Assembly (NCBI RefSeq): GCF_004010195.1
Contig: NC_057752.1
Location: 6,150,044 to 6,214,043 of the forward strand
DNA from: Chiloscyllium plagiosum
Taxonomy: Eukaryota
Direction: 5' to 3'
Length of the DNA stretch: 64,000 nt
Of the stretch, positions 51,615 through 64,000 are shown piece after piece; position 1 is the stretch's first letter, and each line of letters opens with the position of its first letter. The translations under genes and the position numbers were made by a program. The notes under the pieces are model-generated. The model searched no databases. It had not been told where the DNA came from and saw only the letters and a program-made list of their open reading frames with translations.

Positions 51615-52345
51615 TAGATTATTGCATCCATATTATGAAAAGGATATAGAGGCAGTGGAGAGAGTGCAGGGAAGATTTACAAAGATGATCTTGGAAATGG
51701 ATGTGGGCATTTTTATCAGGAAAGGATTGAAAGACTGGGTGTCTTCTCTCCTGGAGGAGACATATGGAGGTCTTTAAAATTATGGAGGATTTTGATAGAG
51801 TAAATACAGAGAGAATGTTTCCTCTTCTGGGCAAAAGCAGAACTGGAGACCATCAATACAATAAATCCTCAAGAAATTCAATACAGAATTCAAAACAAAG
51901 TTCTTCACTTGCAGTGAGAACCCACTACCACAGGGTTGAAGTGAATGGTATAGTTGCATTTCAGGGGAAACCAGATAAGTATCTGAAGGAAAAGAAAGAA
52001 CAGAAATTGCTGGCAAAGCTCAGCAGGTCTGGCAGCATCTAGGGGAAGAAAGCAGAGTTAAAAATTCGAGTCTGGTGACTCTTCATCAGACTTTGTTGGA
52101 CTCACAACATTAACTCTGCTTTCTTCCCCCAGGTGATGCCAGACCTGCTCAGTTTTGCCAATAGTTTGTTTTTGTTTCAGATCTCCAGTATTCACAGTTG
52201 TTTGTTAGATTTAAGTGTCTGAAGGAGAAAGGAATAGAGAGTTACAATTACAAACTTAGATGAGGAAAGATAGGAGGAGAGCTGAGTGGAGCAGTAACAT
52301 CAGCATGGACTAGTTAGATTAAATGTCCTGCTCCTGTGCTGTGTA
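51615..52345 (+). mobile_element. Old CR1 3' fragment with a nested Penelope palindrome
   Basis: PYYEKDIEAVERVQGRFTKMI; EVFKIMEDFDRVN. Confidence 0.75.
51991..52211. mobile_element. Palindromic Penelope-type insertion (P1-related, old)
   Basis: Inverted arms; minus-strand CTGATGAagagtc(acca)gactcGAA; TSD taagt(a/g)tctgaagga at 51976-51990 and 52212-52226. Confidence 0.75.
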
Positions 52346-52486
52346 TCTTATATAATTATTCAGTATTACAACTGTATGCATAAACGTAGAAAAACAGTCC
52401 AAAGTGTGCATTTTTGCAGGAACCTGCTACAAACCAATTTCACTGACTGCCCTGAGCTGCTCAATTTCGAAAAATGGGAACTTCAC

Positions 52487-52658
52487 CAAGTAGCTGTCTC
52501 CATGTTTGGATTTCAGCATCTGGGCCACCTCTTTCAGATTACTGCGGTATCGTTGCTCCTCAAGCACTGGTGGGAAGAAGACTGAAATAATCCGCTCTGT
52601 GATGTATGTCAGGTCAAAGTCGTAGTTTCGCTCCATGACGTGGTCCACACTGAAGCTC
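52487..52658 (-). CDS. TNS2: Tensin-2-like exon, start of PTP domain: [57 protein letters not shown]
   Basis: gagcag|G...TTG|gtgaag, 172 nt, phase 2/0; [10 protein letters not shown] is the PTEN/tensin PTP N-terminal motif. Confidence 0.95.
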
Positions 52659-53889
52659 CTGCTCGAAAACAAGATGGCAAGTCTTGATTACAATCTGACA
52701 TCGGGGCAACAGCAGCCATGGGCTCATCAAGTAGTGTCAATGTTAAACTATGAGATTAGTAACTCAAATGTCACAAGGTCAAATTCATCCCTGATTTAAT
52801 CCACTAATCTTTTAAGGCTAATGAAACCCCCAATTGATGCACTCATGTGGTCCTGCGGAGGGAGGCTGCTTTATTTGACTGTCCATTACTTTAGTCCTAT
52901 CTTCTTCTTGTTTATTATTCTGCATTCTTGTTACAGAGGCAGGAAACAAGAGGCAGGAGTGTCTTTGGGGGCTGGGTGTTGGGGTAGTGCTCACTACAGT
53001 TAATTTTTTCTTGTAGGCGAGCCCTGAGTCACCATGGAGATGGGTTCACTGACAAAACAAAGGTCATAGGTGTGGTCTTCCAGCTTCGGAGATGAAACCT
53101 AGCTGCAGTGTAAGGTAAGTAACTGAAAGGGTGTTTCAACAAGAAGGTGCCTACTCAGCATCTTCTTAAAACATTATATAATGCAAGTACAGGAAGCAAC
53201 CAAGCCAACGATGTTGGTGGTGTGGGGGTGGGGGTGATTCAAGCTCCTCCACAGGGCAGCTTGTCCTGAACCACCACCACCATCACCACAGGTTGATGGG
53301 GACAGCCTGTATTACTTTGCACAGCAGTTTCAGCAGTGCCTGTTTCTGAGTTCTGGAACTACCAGCCAATCAGATTGACCAACAGCTCTCAAAACATTTC
53401 CATGGGGTGGGTTTGAGTAACACACACACAATCTCCTTTTCTTATTATTTAGAGACACTCCCTTGACAAGAGGAAGTGTCAACCAGGCTTTGGGAGTCAC
53501 TAAGTTGAAAGCAATTGTTAATGGCAGCTGGAGCAGTTTAACATTGTCTTTCAAAATTGCTTAAATCTATAACAAATCCAATTACTTGTCCCTTTCTTAA
53601 TCAGTGTTGGAATATTAAACTGGAAAAGAAAAAACTACAGAAGAACTGTAAATGAGATCAGTTCACCATTTACCACAATCCCAACCAGACAGTCTATTAG
53701 ATCAGCCCAATGTTAGTACAAAACCTTTCAGTGTGTTTCCCACGAGGATTGTTCATTCTTTGTAACCCTGTGGCAGAGAAGTTTTTAAAATGTCTCTCCA
53801 GTACCCTAGATCACGCTGTACCCAGCACTTTCCCAAAACTATTCAATTGTCTCAATTATCTACTTTTAAAATGAGTTGAGTGTTTTTAC

Positions 53890-53939
53890 CTTGGTAGGGT
53901 GCTTCTTTGATGGGTGCTTTTCAAAGATTTTGTTGACCC
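53890..53939 (-). CDS. TNS2: Tensin-2-like coding exon GSTKSLKSTHQRSTLP(R)
   Basis: actag|GGG...AAG|gtaaaa, 50 nt, phase 0/2; matches TNS2 GSTKSLNHSKQRSTLPR. Confidence 0.9.
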
Positions 53940-54368
53940 CTAGTGCATTGAAACAAAAATGGACAATATTGAAACCCAATGAATATGGAAAACCTCCTCC
54001 TACTGTACCAGGCAGTCGGGTCTTTGAAAGAGCTTTTTTGATTCTTTCATATTTAATAATGTTTATCACGACTGTGTAGGTTGGAAACTGGTAAAGACAC
54101 CCTTATCAGTGAAGCATCATACTGCAGACTTGGACTCGCTTCCAGGGAAAGTTCATAACAACGAAAATACTTGTTTTACAAGTTCATTGTCAGAAGCTGC
54201 AGAGTTGTTTACAGAGTGACAGAAAAAAAGACTTGCATTTCTATAGTGCCTTTCACAAACGGCCTCAAGGCAATCAAAAATGCATTATAGACAATAAAGT
54301 GCCCTTAGAACTATAGCTGCATTGTAACAATGCATGCAGTTTGTGAACAACAAGATCCCACAAAGAGT

Positions 54369-54584
54369 CTGTTGGTCACCATAGCCTGACCAGACCAAAT
54401 GGGTGCTCCCTCATTCGAGAAAGACAACTGGTGGCGATTTAACCTGAATGTCACCATGCCTCACTCAAGGTGAGAGATTAAGAAAGGCAGCCCTTCATAG
54501 TAACCTCAGCCAGTGATGGGAATTGAACTCAGGCATCACATTACTTTACAAACCAATCATCCAGCCAATTGAGCTAAACCAGCC
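54369..54584 (-). mobile_element. Second tRNA-derived SINE family, nested in a Deu-type SINE
   Basis: Head gggctggtttagctcaattggctgga and B box gttcaattccc; TSD cccacaaagagt at 54357-54368 and 54585-54596. Confidence 0.72.
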
Positions 54585-55763
54585 CCCACAAAGAGTGATA
54601 AGATAATGATCAGACCATTTGTTTGAGACATTAGTTGAGGAATGAACATTGGCCCAGGTCACTAAGTGGGTGGGGACACAGCAGCCAAGGGATTTTTGTA
54701 ACTCACCTGAGCGCGCAGACATGGGCCACTGGTTAACATCTCATTCAACTGACAAAAACTAGACAGATTTACAGAGAAGGCTATGTGTACTCAGAGAGAG
54801 ATGGCAACAGGTAGACAACACCTATTCGGTATCAACACACGCGATCAGGAAATAGGCAAACAAACTGATGGACATACATTATATGAGATTGAACCATGAG
54901 ACAGAGACAGGTGTTAAAGAGAATATACTTGGAGAGGTACAGAGAGAAACACTTGAGAATGAGACAATCAGAGACTGAGGCCTCACAGGACCAATGTGAC
55001 TTCAATGGCTTTTGTTCCCTCCAAACTACGTTATGCCTCCATACTCAGAAGGGTTTTTCGTGTACATAGGTCACGATCATATACAAAATGAGGCATTTAT
55101 TTAACTCTCTGCACTGGAGAAATGCCAAGCACTCACTGGCACAGGTTCTAAAATGCCTGCTTGACCACTGTCTCAAAAATTGTGATGGTTTCAGATATGG
55201 TCCAAGCTTTTTTCAGAACAGCATTGATTTCAGACAGTATCAGCAGCACCTCTCAGGAACCACAAGGAGGAAAACATAATCCTTGTGAAAGAGTCTTGAA
55301 AAGGCTGCCAATTGATGTTTGTCATCAAGGAAACATCACTCAACACCCTGTGATTTGTGGGAATGAAAGAGGAGAAAACAGGAGGGGAGGGGGTAAAAAT
55401 GGCAGAAAAGAGCCAAGACCAGAGAGATGAAAAGTGTTTTCAAAATGATGAATAGAAAGAAGAATCAGAGGTAAGGGGGAATCCAATTCCAAAATGGGCT
55501 CGAAAATATTAATTCCTTGCCTGCCAACAACTTTAGTTACACCATCCCAAGTGTGTAAATACATTTACAGACAAATTTAAATAGAGCAAGAACACTCACT
55601 CTGTGCAGGAACTTTATTTATCTGGAAAGATATAGCCTCCAGCCTTTGATATTTTAACCTAGGCATGTGGGCACATGCCAACTTCACAATGCTTAATACA
55701 TACGCACATACATCTACACATGCACATACATACTGTTCCTGGCAGATTATGTATTTTACTCAC

Positions 55764-55805
55764 CAAATGCTCAATATTCTTTACGGTTCCAGTACCCTTT
55801 CTTGG
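55764..55805 (-). CDS. TNS2: Tensin-2-like coding exon (post-C1 linker) PRKGTGTVKNIEHL
   Basis: ttcccacag|CCA...TTG|gtgagt, 42 nt, phase 0/0; resembles human TNS2 RRNTAPVRRIEHL. Confidence 0.85.
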
Positions 55806-57498
55806 CTGTGGGAAATCGGAAACAGGAAAGTTATTAACTGACGCATTAACAAAACTAGCCTTTTTCCTGCAGGAATGTACAACAAGCTAATTCTGGGCAC
55901 TCATCCAGCCTGACATGACAGAAATGTCACGTGCTTATATCTCACTACCCCACGCCCCTCCCACTTCTATCCTCCTGCATTTCCCAATTGTAAGAGGAGT
56001 CAAGAATGTCCTGATTCAGAATTTTCAAAAGCCACAAATAACCACAGAGTTGGAAAACATAAGCACCAAGGATTTTGTTCCAATGAAGAAATGTCTCCAT
56101 GAAATCATGGACTGGTTTTAGCATAAGAGGAGGTGACTGAGCTTGTCATGTCCATGCTGATTCTCTGCAATATCAACTCAGCTAGTCCCATTTCATCACC
56201 CTCTTCCTGGAGCTTTCCAAACTTCTTTTTCTTCAGGTAATTATCCAAATCCCATTGAAACACCACAACTGAATCTGCTTCTATCACATGCTGAGACAGT
56301 GCATTCCAGACCTACACTTAAATAATGTAAAAAGGTCTGTCTTGGTGCGGCCTTTTTTTTCTGCCATTCACCTGTGTCCTCTCATTTTCAATCCTCCCGC
56401 CAACAGGAACTGTTTCTGTCTAGCTACTCTGTCCAGGTCTCACATGACTTTAAATGTCTCTTATTAAATCTCCTCTCATCGTTTTTCTAAAGAGGAGAGT
56501 TCCAGTTACTCCAATCTATCCAAATAACGTTTTGGACCCATTCTCATTCAGCGGTTTTTGCAGGAATTTCGTGCTTCTGGTCGGAAAACTGCACTCTAGA
56601 TCACAGAGTGATTTTACATCAGAAAAATTTCTCTGTAAAATTCTCGTCCTGAATATCATGGAGTGAAATTGGAGAAGACAAAAAGGAGTGAACAATGAGT
56701 GTTCTCTGTAAGAGAAATCTGGTCAGCATGGATGGGTTGGACCAAAGGGTCTGTTTCCATGCTGTACATCTCTATGACTCTATGACTCTATAACTATAAA
56801 AATGAAGCTCCCGCTGATCAGCCCTATCACCAGCCTGCCACCCCAGAGGAGCGCACAGATTCCTGACAATGCGGAATCACAGCTTAAAATACCCCATACT
56901 CTACAGTTTCTTCTTCCCTTGTTTGTCAATTGTATTACTGAAACAGAACTTGAAGCAGGCACATTATAATGCTATTTATTTCAGCCGAGACATAATTTTA
57001 TATGCAACACTATACGTATAAGGTAGAGACATTAATAAGTAGAATGTAAGCAAATAAAAGATTTTAAAAAGATAATTAAGTGTACAAATTGGTTTCCATT
57101 CAAAGGCATGAAAACTGCACATCGTCTTTACTTTCAATTATTTACAATTGTCACATACAGTCACTGATGTGTCTTGTAACATAAATTATTGAAAATCCAT
57201 TTAAACATTAGCCTGAGAAAGTTTCAGTCAATACTTAAACACTGCTAAAAAGATGCATAAAATTTAAGCTTTGTGTCTTGCACTCATTAGGACTGGGATG
57301 CAAGAAAACAAACTTCATAATGGAACACCAATTTTTCGATTCAATTAATTCAAATATAAGACTGTTTTTCTCCAAAGTCTGATTAACCTGTTGGTGCATG
57401 CCGGTATTTTTGTTGGTATCCATATATTTTTTTAAATTCCAAACAAATTAGAAAAAGGATACAGAACCAGAATCAATGCCCAACACCAACGCCAACTG

Positions 57499-57623
57499 GG
57501 AGAAAGTGAGGACTGCAGATGCTGGAGATCAGAGTCGAAGAGTGTGGCGCTGGAAAAGCACAGCAGGTCAGGCAGCATCTGAGGAGCAGGAGAGTCGAGC
57601 TTTTGGGCATAAGCCCTTCATCA
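57499..57623 (-). mobile_element. Penelope-type solo arm, family P1
   Basis: ggagaaagtgaggactgcagatgctggagatc...gggcataagcccttcatca. Confidence 0.78.
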
Positions 57624-59574
57624 ACATTCACTGATTTGCATTTATTTAATGAATGTATTTTTATGTAGTAAAAGGATTAAATGAAGAGCAAAAAAAGCCA
57701 CAGGTATGGCACATGTACCTTCCAAATGTCAAAGACCAAAGACCACTCATTCTAAGTTTTGTTTCTTGTGTCCAAGTCTGGTTGATTGCAAGACAAGAAG
57801 CTTCGACTTTCTGTTTCTTTTTAGCAATGTTCAAGTCCTGTTCTGTCAAGCAATACCTCAGTATCATGCAAATTCATCATACAGTGGAGACCCCAGAGAG
57901 GCAAATCTTTATTTAAGTTTTCATTTTGCGAGTTAACTTTTCCCTGAATCACATTAGCATAGAAATAGCCTAAAAGTATTACGTCTGGTAAAGTAACAGC
58001 CATTGTTTAATTGTGGGGATAAACAGTTTACCATTATGCTGCACTTTATGGTTTCAAACCATCATTTTAACAAGAAAGTCATCATTCTCAAAATAAAAGT
58101 GGAATACTAAATCTTGATTATGACTGGTGTTTTGGTTTGAGCAACAGGTTTTCTGATTGCAATGATTATCATTTGGAACATAACTGAAACAATAAATTAT
58201 TCTGAATGACATATTAGAACTTTTTTTATTATGAGAAACAGTAGCTGGCAAAAGTCAGCCTGACACATCTGAAGTTAAGTTATACTTTAAAAATGACTTC
58301 ACTGGCAAAATTATAATCAAAATAAAGAAGAAAAAATTATACAGAGTTCGTTCCATTTTAATGTTAATATTTGTTCTGTATATACATATATTATTTATTA
58401 GATATGTAAATTATATAATTTTACCTAATCTACCAATGATACTTGGCAACGGGTCATGTACTGTATTTGGTTCAGAAATGCCAAGCTTGTATCTTGTGGC
58501 TCCCAGTAGTTTTTATTTTTGGCAATTTATTATAAAAAATGGTTCTTCAGATTAAAATTGCTTGTTGACCCTGAATTAATAGATTTTAAAAGAGCAATTA
58601 ACTAACAAGGATAAAAGCCTGCAGAAAGCAAACATATTAAAACCAATGTACATCAACAGTATGGAAGGAGTAAGCCTGAAGCTTGTGGACAGCAAATTAG
58701 TTAAGACGTTGATTATTTCTATGACAAATATGGCAGGATGACCACTTACACAGAATATGTGCAAGAGGAAGGAACTTTCACACACACACACACACACACT
58801 CAATGTACGCAAACTTCAACAATATTATCTAGGAAATTTCCTAGGAACGGTATCAAGGCCTGTACAATCGCAGCTACTTGTACAAATTTATTGCCGAACG
58901 AGCCCAATGCCAGACTTACTTTCCGATTCATTTAATTTCCGTTACCACATGGCGATCACCTTTCTGAGGCTGACAACCTCCTCAGCAGTCACCATATGAA
59001 CCAAACTTCCGATTCTTCCTGCTCTTCTTTTTTCCCTTCCATTTCTCAGCTCTCAGGTGCGCTTGGTGTTTGCTGATTAAATGAAAAGCAGGACTGCACA
59101 ATGCTTCAACTCTTTTCAGATGGGAGACAAGAGGAGCCCACCCACAGCCACAGGATTATCAGCTCGATCTGGGAGCAGAGGCATTTTTGTTGAGGCCCCA
59201 GTGAGTGTGATTATTCAATGCAGGACACTGATAGATGAGACAGCTGACATTTTATACTGAATTCAGATTTGTTGCAAGAGATTGCTTTTAACCCTCTGAG
59301 TGCCAGAAATAGGTTCCTTCTACTCCTCCTTCAAACATACCACCCCAACCCGTCATCTCTACCATCTGGGAAGACAAGGACACCACCACCTGCAGGTTCC
59401 ACTCCAAGCCACGCACCATCCTGACTTTGAAATATATCGTGTCCCTGCACAATGCCTGGATCAAACTCTTCCTTCCACCTCCTTATACCGACACCACATG
59501 GACTGCAGCAGTTTGAGATGGCAGTCTCACCATTGCCTTTTTTATGGCAATGAGGGGTGGGCAATAAATGTACC

Positions 59575-60660
59575 TGGCTCAGCGTGGTCTTCACAGTATG
59601 GATAAATGGCCAGCTGCACTGTGAGAAGGTCAATGACCTTTTCTACTTCGTCAGGCTAAGAGTCACACTCTGCTCTTTGCTGCCTCACACTCATTCTATC
59701 TCTGCCACTAAACCCACCTCCCACCCAGACTCATGCTCACTATTGCCATTAACACCTTCTCTCACTCGCTCTCATTCCCCTCAACCTCTCCCACCACTAA
59801 CCCTGTCTGAGCTCTGCAGTGCCTACTCAATTACCCTAGACATCTCACTATTTTTTCACTACTTGCACCAGTACTAACAGCTGTACTGCCCACTTCCATC
59901 TCACTCAAGCCCTCCTTTTCTCTCATTCCAGGAGGAGACAGCCCATAATAGGGCACAGAGGAAGTGGAAGGCTGCCCGACATCAGGCTTCTCACCAGCTA
60001 TTAGATGATCTTGTGCCTTGCAGGAGGTGCCGAGACATTCACGTCCCATCAACCATGTAACTCCCACTCTTCATTCCACAGCAACTCTCACAGTAACCCT
60101 GTTGTCAGTGTCATTCACTGAACACCATTTCTAACCATTGGTCGCGATGCCATCTCTCCCATGTCCTGCAGGTGAGATGTCCACAAACCCAATAGAGAAA
60201 TGGCCAGCTCCACAAGTCTTCTCCACAACCTCTGGGGAAGAGATAACCAAAGCCTTAGAGGAAGTATCAGTGAAGCGGCCTCCCGCACCCACCTCCAGCT
60301 CAGATACTGATACTTCAGTGGGAATGTCACACTTTGAAAGCTTGGGAGCACAAGCTCCTGAGCACTTCACTGTGACAGACTGCTTTTGCATTAAATTGCT
60401 CGAGTCTCTGTATACATCCAAATGTAACTGTGCCAGTGTGATGCCTAACGTCATGTCCATACAGGATGTACCATGGATTGAGAGCCTGCTGCAGCATGTG
60501 GAAGCAAGCTAACAAAGCATTTATAGGGCAATGCGTTTTGCTGGGGTAAAAGATCCACATTCTTTCCTTGGCCTCTATGGTCAAAACTGATGACGTGAAT
60601 GAAGTGATCAGCAATGTCTGTGATAGGGAGGTGCACAGAACAGAGCAAGCCAATGCCTTA
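59575..60660 (+). mobile_element. Decayed PIF/Harbinger-type Myb/SANT-like gene remnant
   Basis: ..GQLHCEKVNDLFYFVR, a pyrimidine-rich intron ending cattccag, then EETAHNRAQRK..PDIRLLT; resembles the recalled QCRKKxNDL / AHNRRERxKTGGG pattern. Confidence 0.5.
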
Positions 60661-62294
60661 GGATGGATTTAGGGGGTCTGCAGGTCTGTATTCTGTACAG
60701 TGCATGGTTCGGTGAGTAATGTTGTTGCCCTCTAATTGTCTTCACATCAGCAGCACCCCCCCCCCACGCAGTTTGAGACACATCACTCCCATGCCCTGTG
60801 TGGTTTTGGCTATTTTCTTCCCCATTGTGTGGTTTCAATTTCCAGCACAATGGAAGTCAACATTGAACACACTTCAGCTAAAGGCTTCCAGCTTCTGTCT
60901 CTATGTGATGGTGAGGCTCCTAACATCCATATCCCCTTCGTGATCGTTTTTCCCGTGAGCCCAAGTCCCTACCCAAACCATCTACATGAGCCTGCACCTG
61001 CCCACCCATTGCCGCCCCACCACCCCATTCCCTGGCACACAAGGCGACCATACCATGTCCCCCCTTGAAGCCAGGCTGTTCCTGACCATGGAGGAGCACC
61101 CTTACATACAATTCCCTTCAAATTCATGCTTTCCACCCAACCTGCAGTCCCCATCCCTATGACTAGCTCCCAGAGTCTTTCTCATAGTAGCAACACCCCC
61201 ACACCATCTTGTCTGTCCACGTATGCATGCACACGCACACACACACACACCATGATCCATGCGACCTGACTAGGCAGCACCAGAGAGAAGTGCCCAGACC
61301 CCTGATTGGTGGCTGTACATGTCCACAGCTGTGATTTCCCTAGCACCCAGACTGGCCACAATGGAGCTACAGAATGTACTGTAACCAATTCCCTGGTCTA
61401 CAGACGCATGGAGCCCCTGTCTAAAAAGAGCCCAACTGGTTTCCTGTGGCCAATCTTCTGGACAGGTATCACACATTGAGCAAGCCCACTTGATCAAAAG
61501 GAACCGGTGAGAATTCAACCCAGTCGGAGTGAACAGGTGGGAAAAAGGTGCTGTGGCAGTTCTACCTCTGTACTGTGAACACAGTGAAAATTGGCCTTCC
61601 ATTCAAAGTAGAAATTGGTCAATCATCAAAAGGTGATGGAAGTGAAAGAACAGTTCATTTATTGTATTTATGAACAAAATACCCAGATGCAGCTGAAGAC
61701 AGCTTCTGGTTCTATTTAATTTTGAGGGAAAACAGCTTTTAATTACAGGTAATGATGATGGATACAAAGCTGGCTGCTTCTGTAAATAAGGGAAAGGATA
61801 CTGCCCCTGTCATTGAAGTGTTTTATGAATAACCTGTTTTACTCTGTTGATGTTTCTTCACGTCATTTGCACAGCAAACAGACCTCAGCTGATCAAACAT
61901 ATTTATGTACACAGTCTGCTTCCTTTCCTGAAACTCTCACCTGTGTACTATTTATTTTGCCAAACATCAGCCCCCGTGTTCACATTTCAATCACAACCCT
62001 GCACCAGAATGCAGTGTTCATGAGGTAAAAATGAAAGACAATGCGACTGTTAAGCCAGTAGAGACTGTTCCAGTTAATTGACCACTTCACCTTGTACTGA
62101 ACATAACAGGTGAAATCCATTTATTTCTCAACAACGTACAAGGGCAGAATTACAAAAAAAACATATTCGATAAAAACTCACCAGCATAACCAAAAGGAAA
62201 TGAAATAAACAAAAAATAAATTGGAATGTCAATAAGTAATTTATTGACTGAGCAAATACAAATCACCAAAGCCAAGGAATCGCCTCCTCACTTA

Positions 62295-64000
62295 GAATCA
62301 CAGAATCATAGAGATGTACAGCACGGAAATAGACCCTTCGGTCCAACATGTCCATGCCCGACCAAACACCCTAAATAAATCTAGTCCCATTTGCCAGCTT
62401 TTGGTCCATATCCCTCTAAACCCTCCCTATTCATATATCTATCCAGATGCCTTCTAAATGTTGCAAATGTACCAGCCTCCACCACTTCCTCTGGCAGCTC
62501 ATTCCATACATGCACCACCCTCTGTGTGAAAATGTTGCCCCTTATGTCCCTCTTATATCTGTCCCCCTTCACCTAAACCTATGCCCTCTAGTTCTGGACT
62601 CCTCCAACCCAAGGAAAAGACCTTGTCTATTTATCCTATCCTTGCTCCTCATGATTTTATAAAGCTCTATGAGGTCACCCCTCAGCCTCCAATGCTCCAG
62701 GGAAAAAAGCCCCAGCCTATTCAACCTCTCCCTATAGCTCAAATCCTCCAACCCTGGCAATATCCTTGTAAATCTTTTCTGAACACTTTCAAGTTTCACA
62801 ACATCCTTCTGATAGCAGGAAGACCAGAATAGCACACAGTATTTCAAAAGTGGCCTAACCATGTCTTGTACAGCCGCAACATGACCTCCCAACCTCTGTA
62901 CTCAATGCACTGACCAATAAAGGAAAGCATACCAAACACCTTCTTCACTATCCTATCTACCTGCCACTCCATTTTCTTGGAACTAAGAATCTGCACTCCA
63001 AGGTCTCTTATTCAGCAACACTCCCCAGGACCTTACCATTAAGTGTATAAGTCCTGCCAGATTTGCCTTTCCAAAATGCAGCACCGCCCATTTATCTGAA
63101 TTAAACTCCATCTGCCACTCCTCGGCCCATTGATCGAGATCCCATTTTACGCTAAGGTAACCTTCTTCACCGTCCACTACACCTCCAATTTTGGTGTCAT
63201 CTGCAAACTTACTAACCATACCTCCTATGTTCACATCCAAACCATTTATATAAATGACGAAAAGCAGTGGACCCAGCACAGATCCTTGTGGCACACTGTT
63301 GGGTACAGGCCTCCTGTTTGAAAAACAACCCTCCACCACCACCCTCTGTCTTCTACCATCGAGCCAGTTGTGTGTCCAAATAACTAGATCTCCCTGTATT
63401 CCATGTGATCTAACGTTGCTAACCAGTCCAACATGAGGAACCTTGTTAAATGCCTCACTGAAGTGCAAAGAGATCATGCCCACTGCTCTGCTCTTATCAA
63501 TCCACTTTGTTACTTCTTCAAAAACCTCAACCAAGTTCGTGAGACACAATTTCCCATGCATAAAGCCATGCTGAGTATCCCTAATCAGTCCTTGACTTTC
63601 CAAATACATGTAAATCTTGTTTCTCGGGATTCCCTCCAACAACTTGCCCACCACCGATGTCAGGCTCATCGGTCTATAGTCCCTGTCTTGTCCTTACCAC
63701 CTTTCTTAAATAGTGGCACCACGTACACCAATCTCCACTCTTCCGACACCTCACCTGTGACTATCGATTATTCAAATATCTCATCAAGGGGCCCAGCAGT
63801 CACTTCTCTAGCTTCCCACAGAGTTCTAGGGTATACTTGATCAGGTCCTGGGGATTTATCCATTTTTTTGCATTATACACTGTCCAGCACCTCCTCCTCT
63901 GTAATATGGACATTGTGCAAGGTGTCACCATCTATTTCCCCATATTCTATATCTTCCATATCCTTTTCCACAGAAAACACTGATGTAAAATACTCGTTTA
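62295..64000 (-). mobile_element. CR1 LINE RT and 3' end (young subfamily; continues beyond the window)
   Basis: ORF 62983-63669: SLTSVVGKLLE, QHGF, VPQGSVLGPLLF, SKFADDTK. Confidence 0.93.

Noticed and set aside
58779..58799. (CA)n microsatellites (also ~43467-43513 and ~61229-61250)
   Set aside because: Short, ordinary simple repeats

Overview
Eukaryotic vertebrate genomic DNA, very probably a shark/elasmobranch (inferred from HE1-type V-SINEs, CR1 LINEs and Deu-type SINEs). The window lies inside one large minus-strand gene, a tensin best matching TNS2. I traced 13 consecutive GT-AG coding exons (55805 down to 4400, 1150 nt, all splice phases compatible) encoding the post-C1 linker, the PTEN-like PTP domain, the C2 domain and the start of the central region. 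The introns are dominated by retroelements: nested CR1 LINEs, an L1 3' insertion with TSD and polyA, L2-like fragments, three SINE families, a Penelope GIY-YIG remnant and decayed Harbinger-like sequence. Two signals stand out. First, at least 13 short, mostly palindromic and TSD-flanked Penelope-type insertions in two families, several carrying minimal hammerhead ribozyme cores (CUGANGA-stem II-GAAA-palindrome-UH), four of them intact on the pre-mRNA strand. Second, an apparently complete phosphatase signature (WPD + HCKGNKGR) in this TNS2. Most ORFs in the supplied track are spurious or repeat-derived. Repeat boundaries without a stated TSD are approximate, and all family names come from recall, not from a database search.
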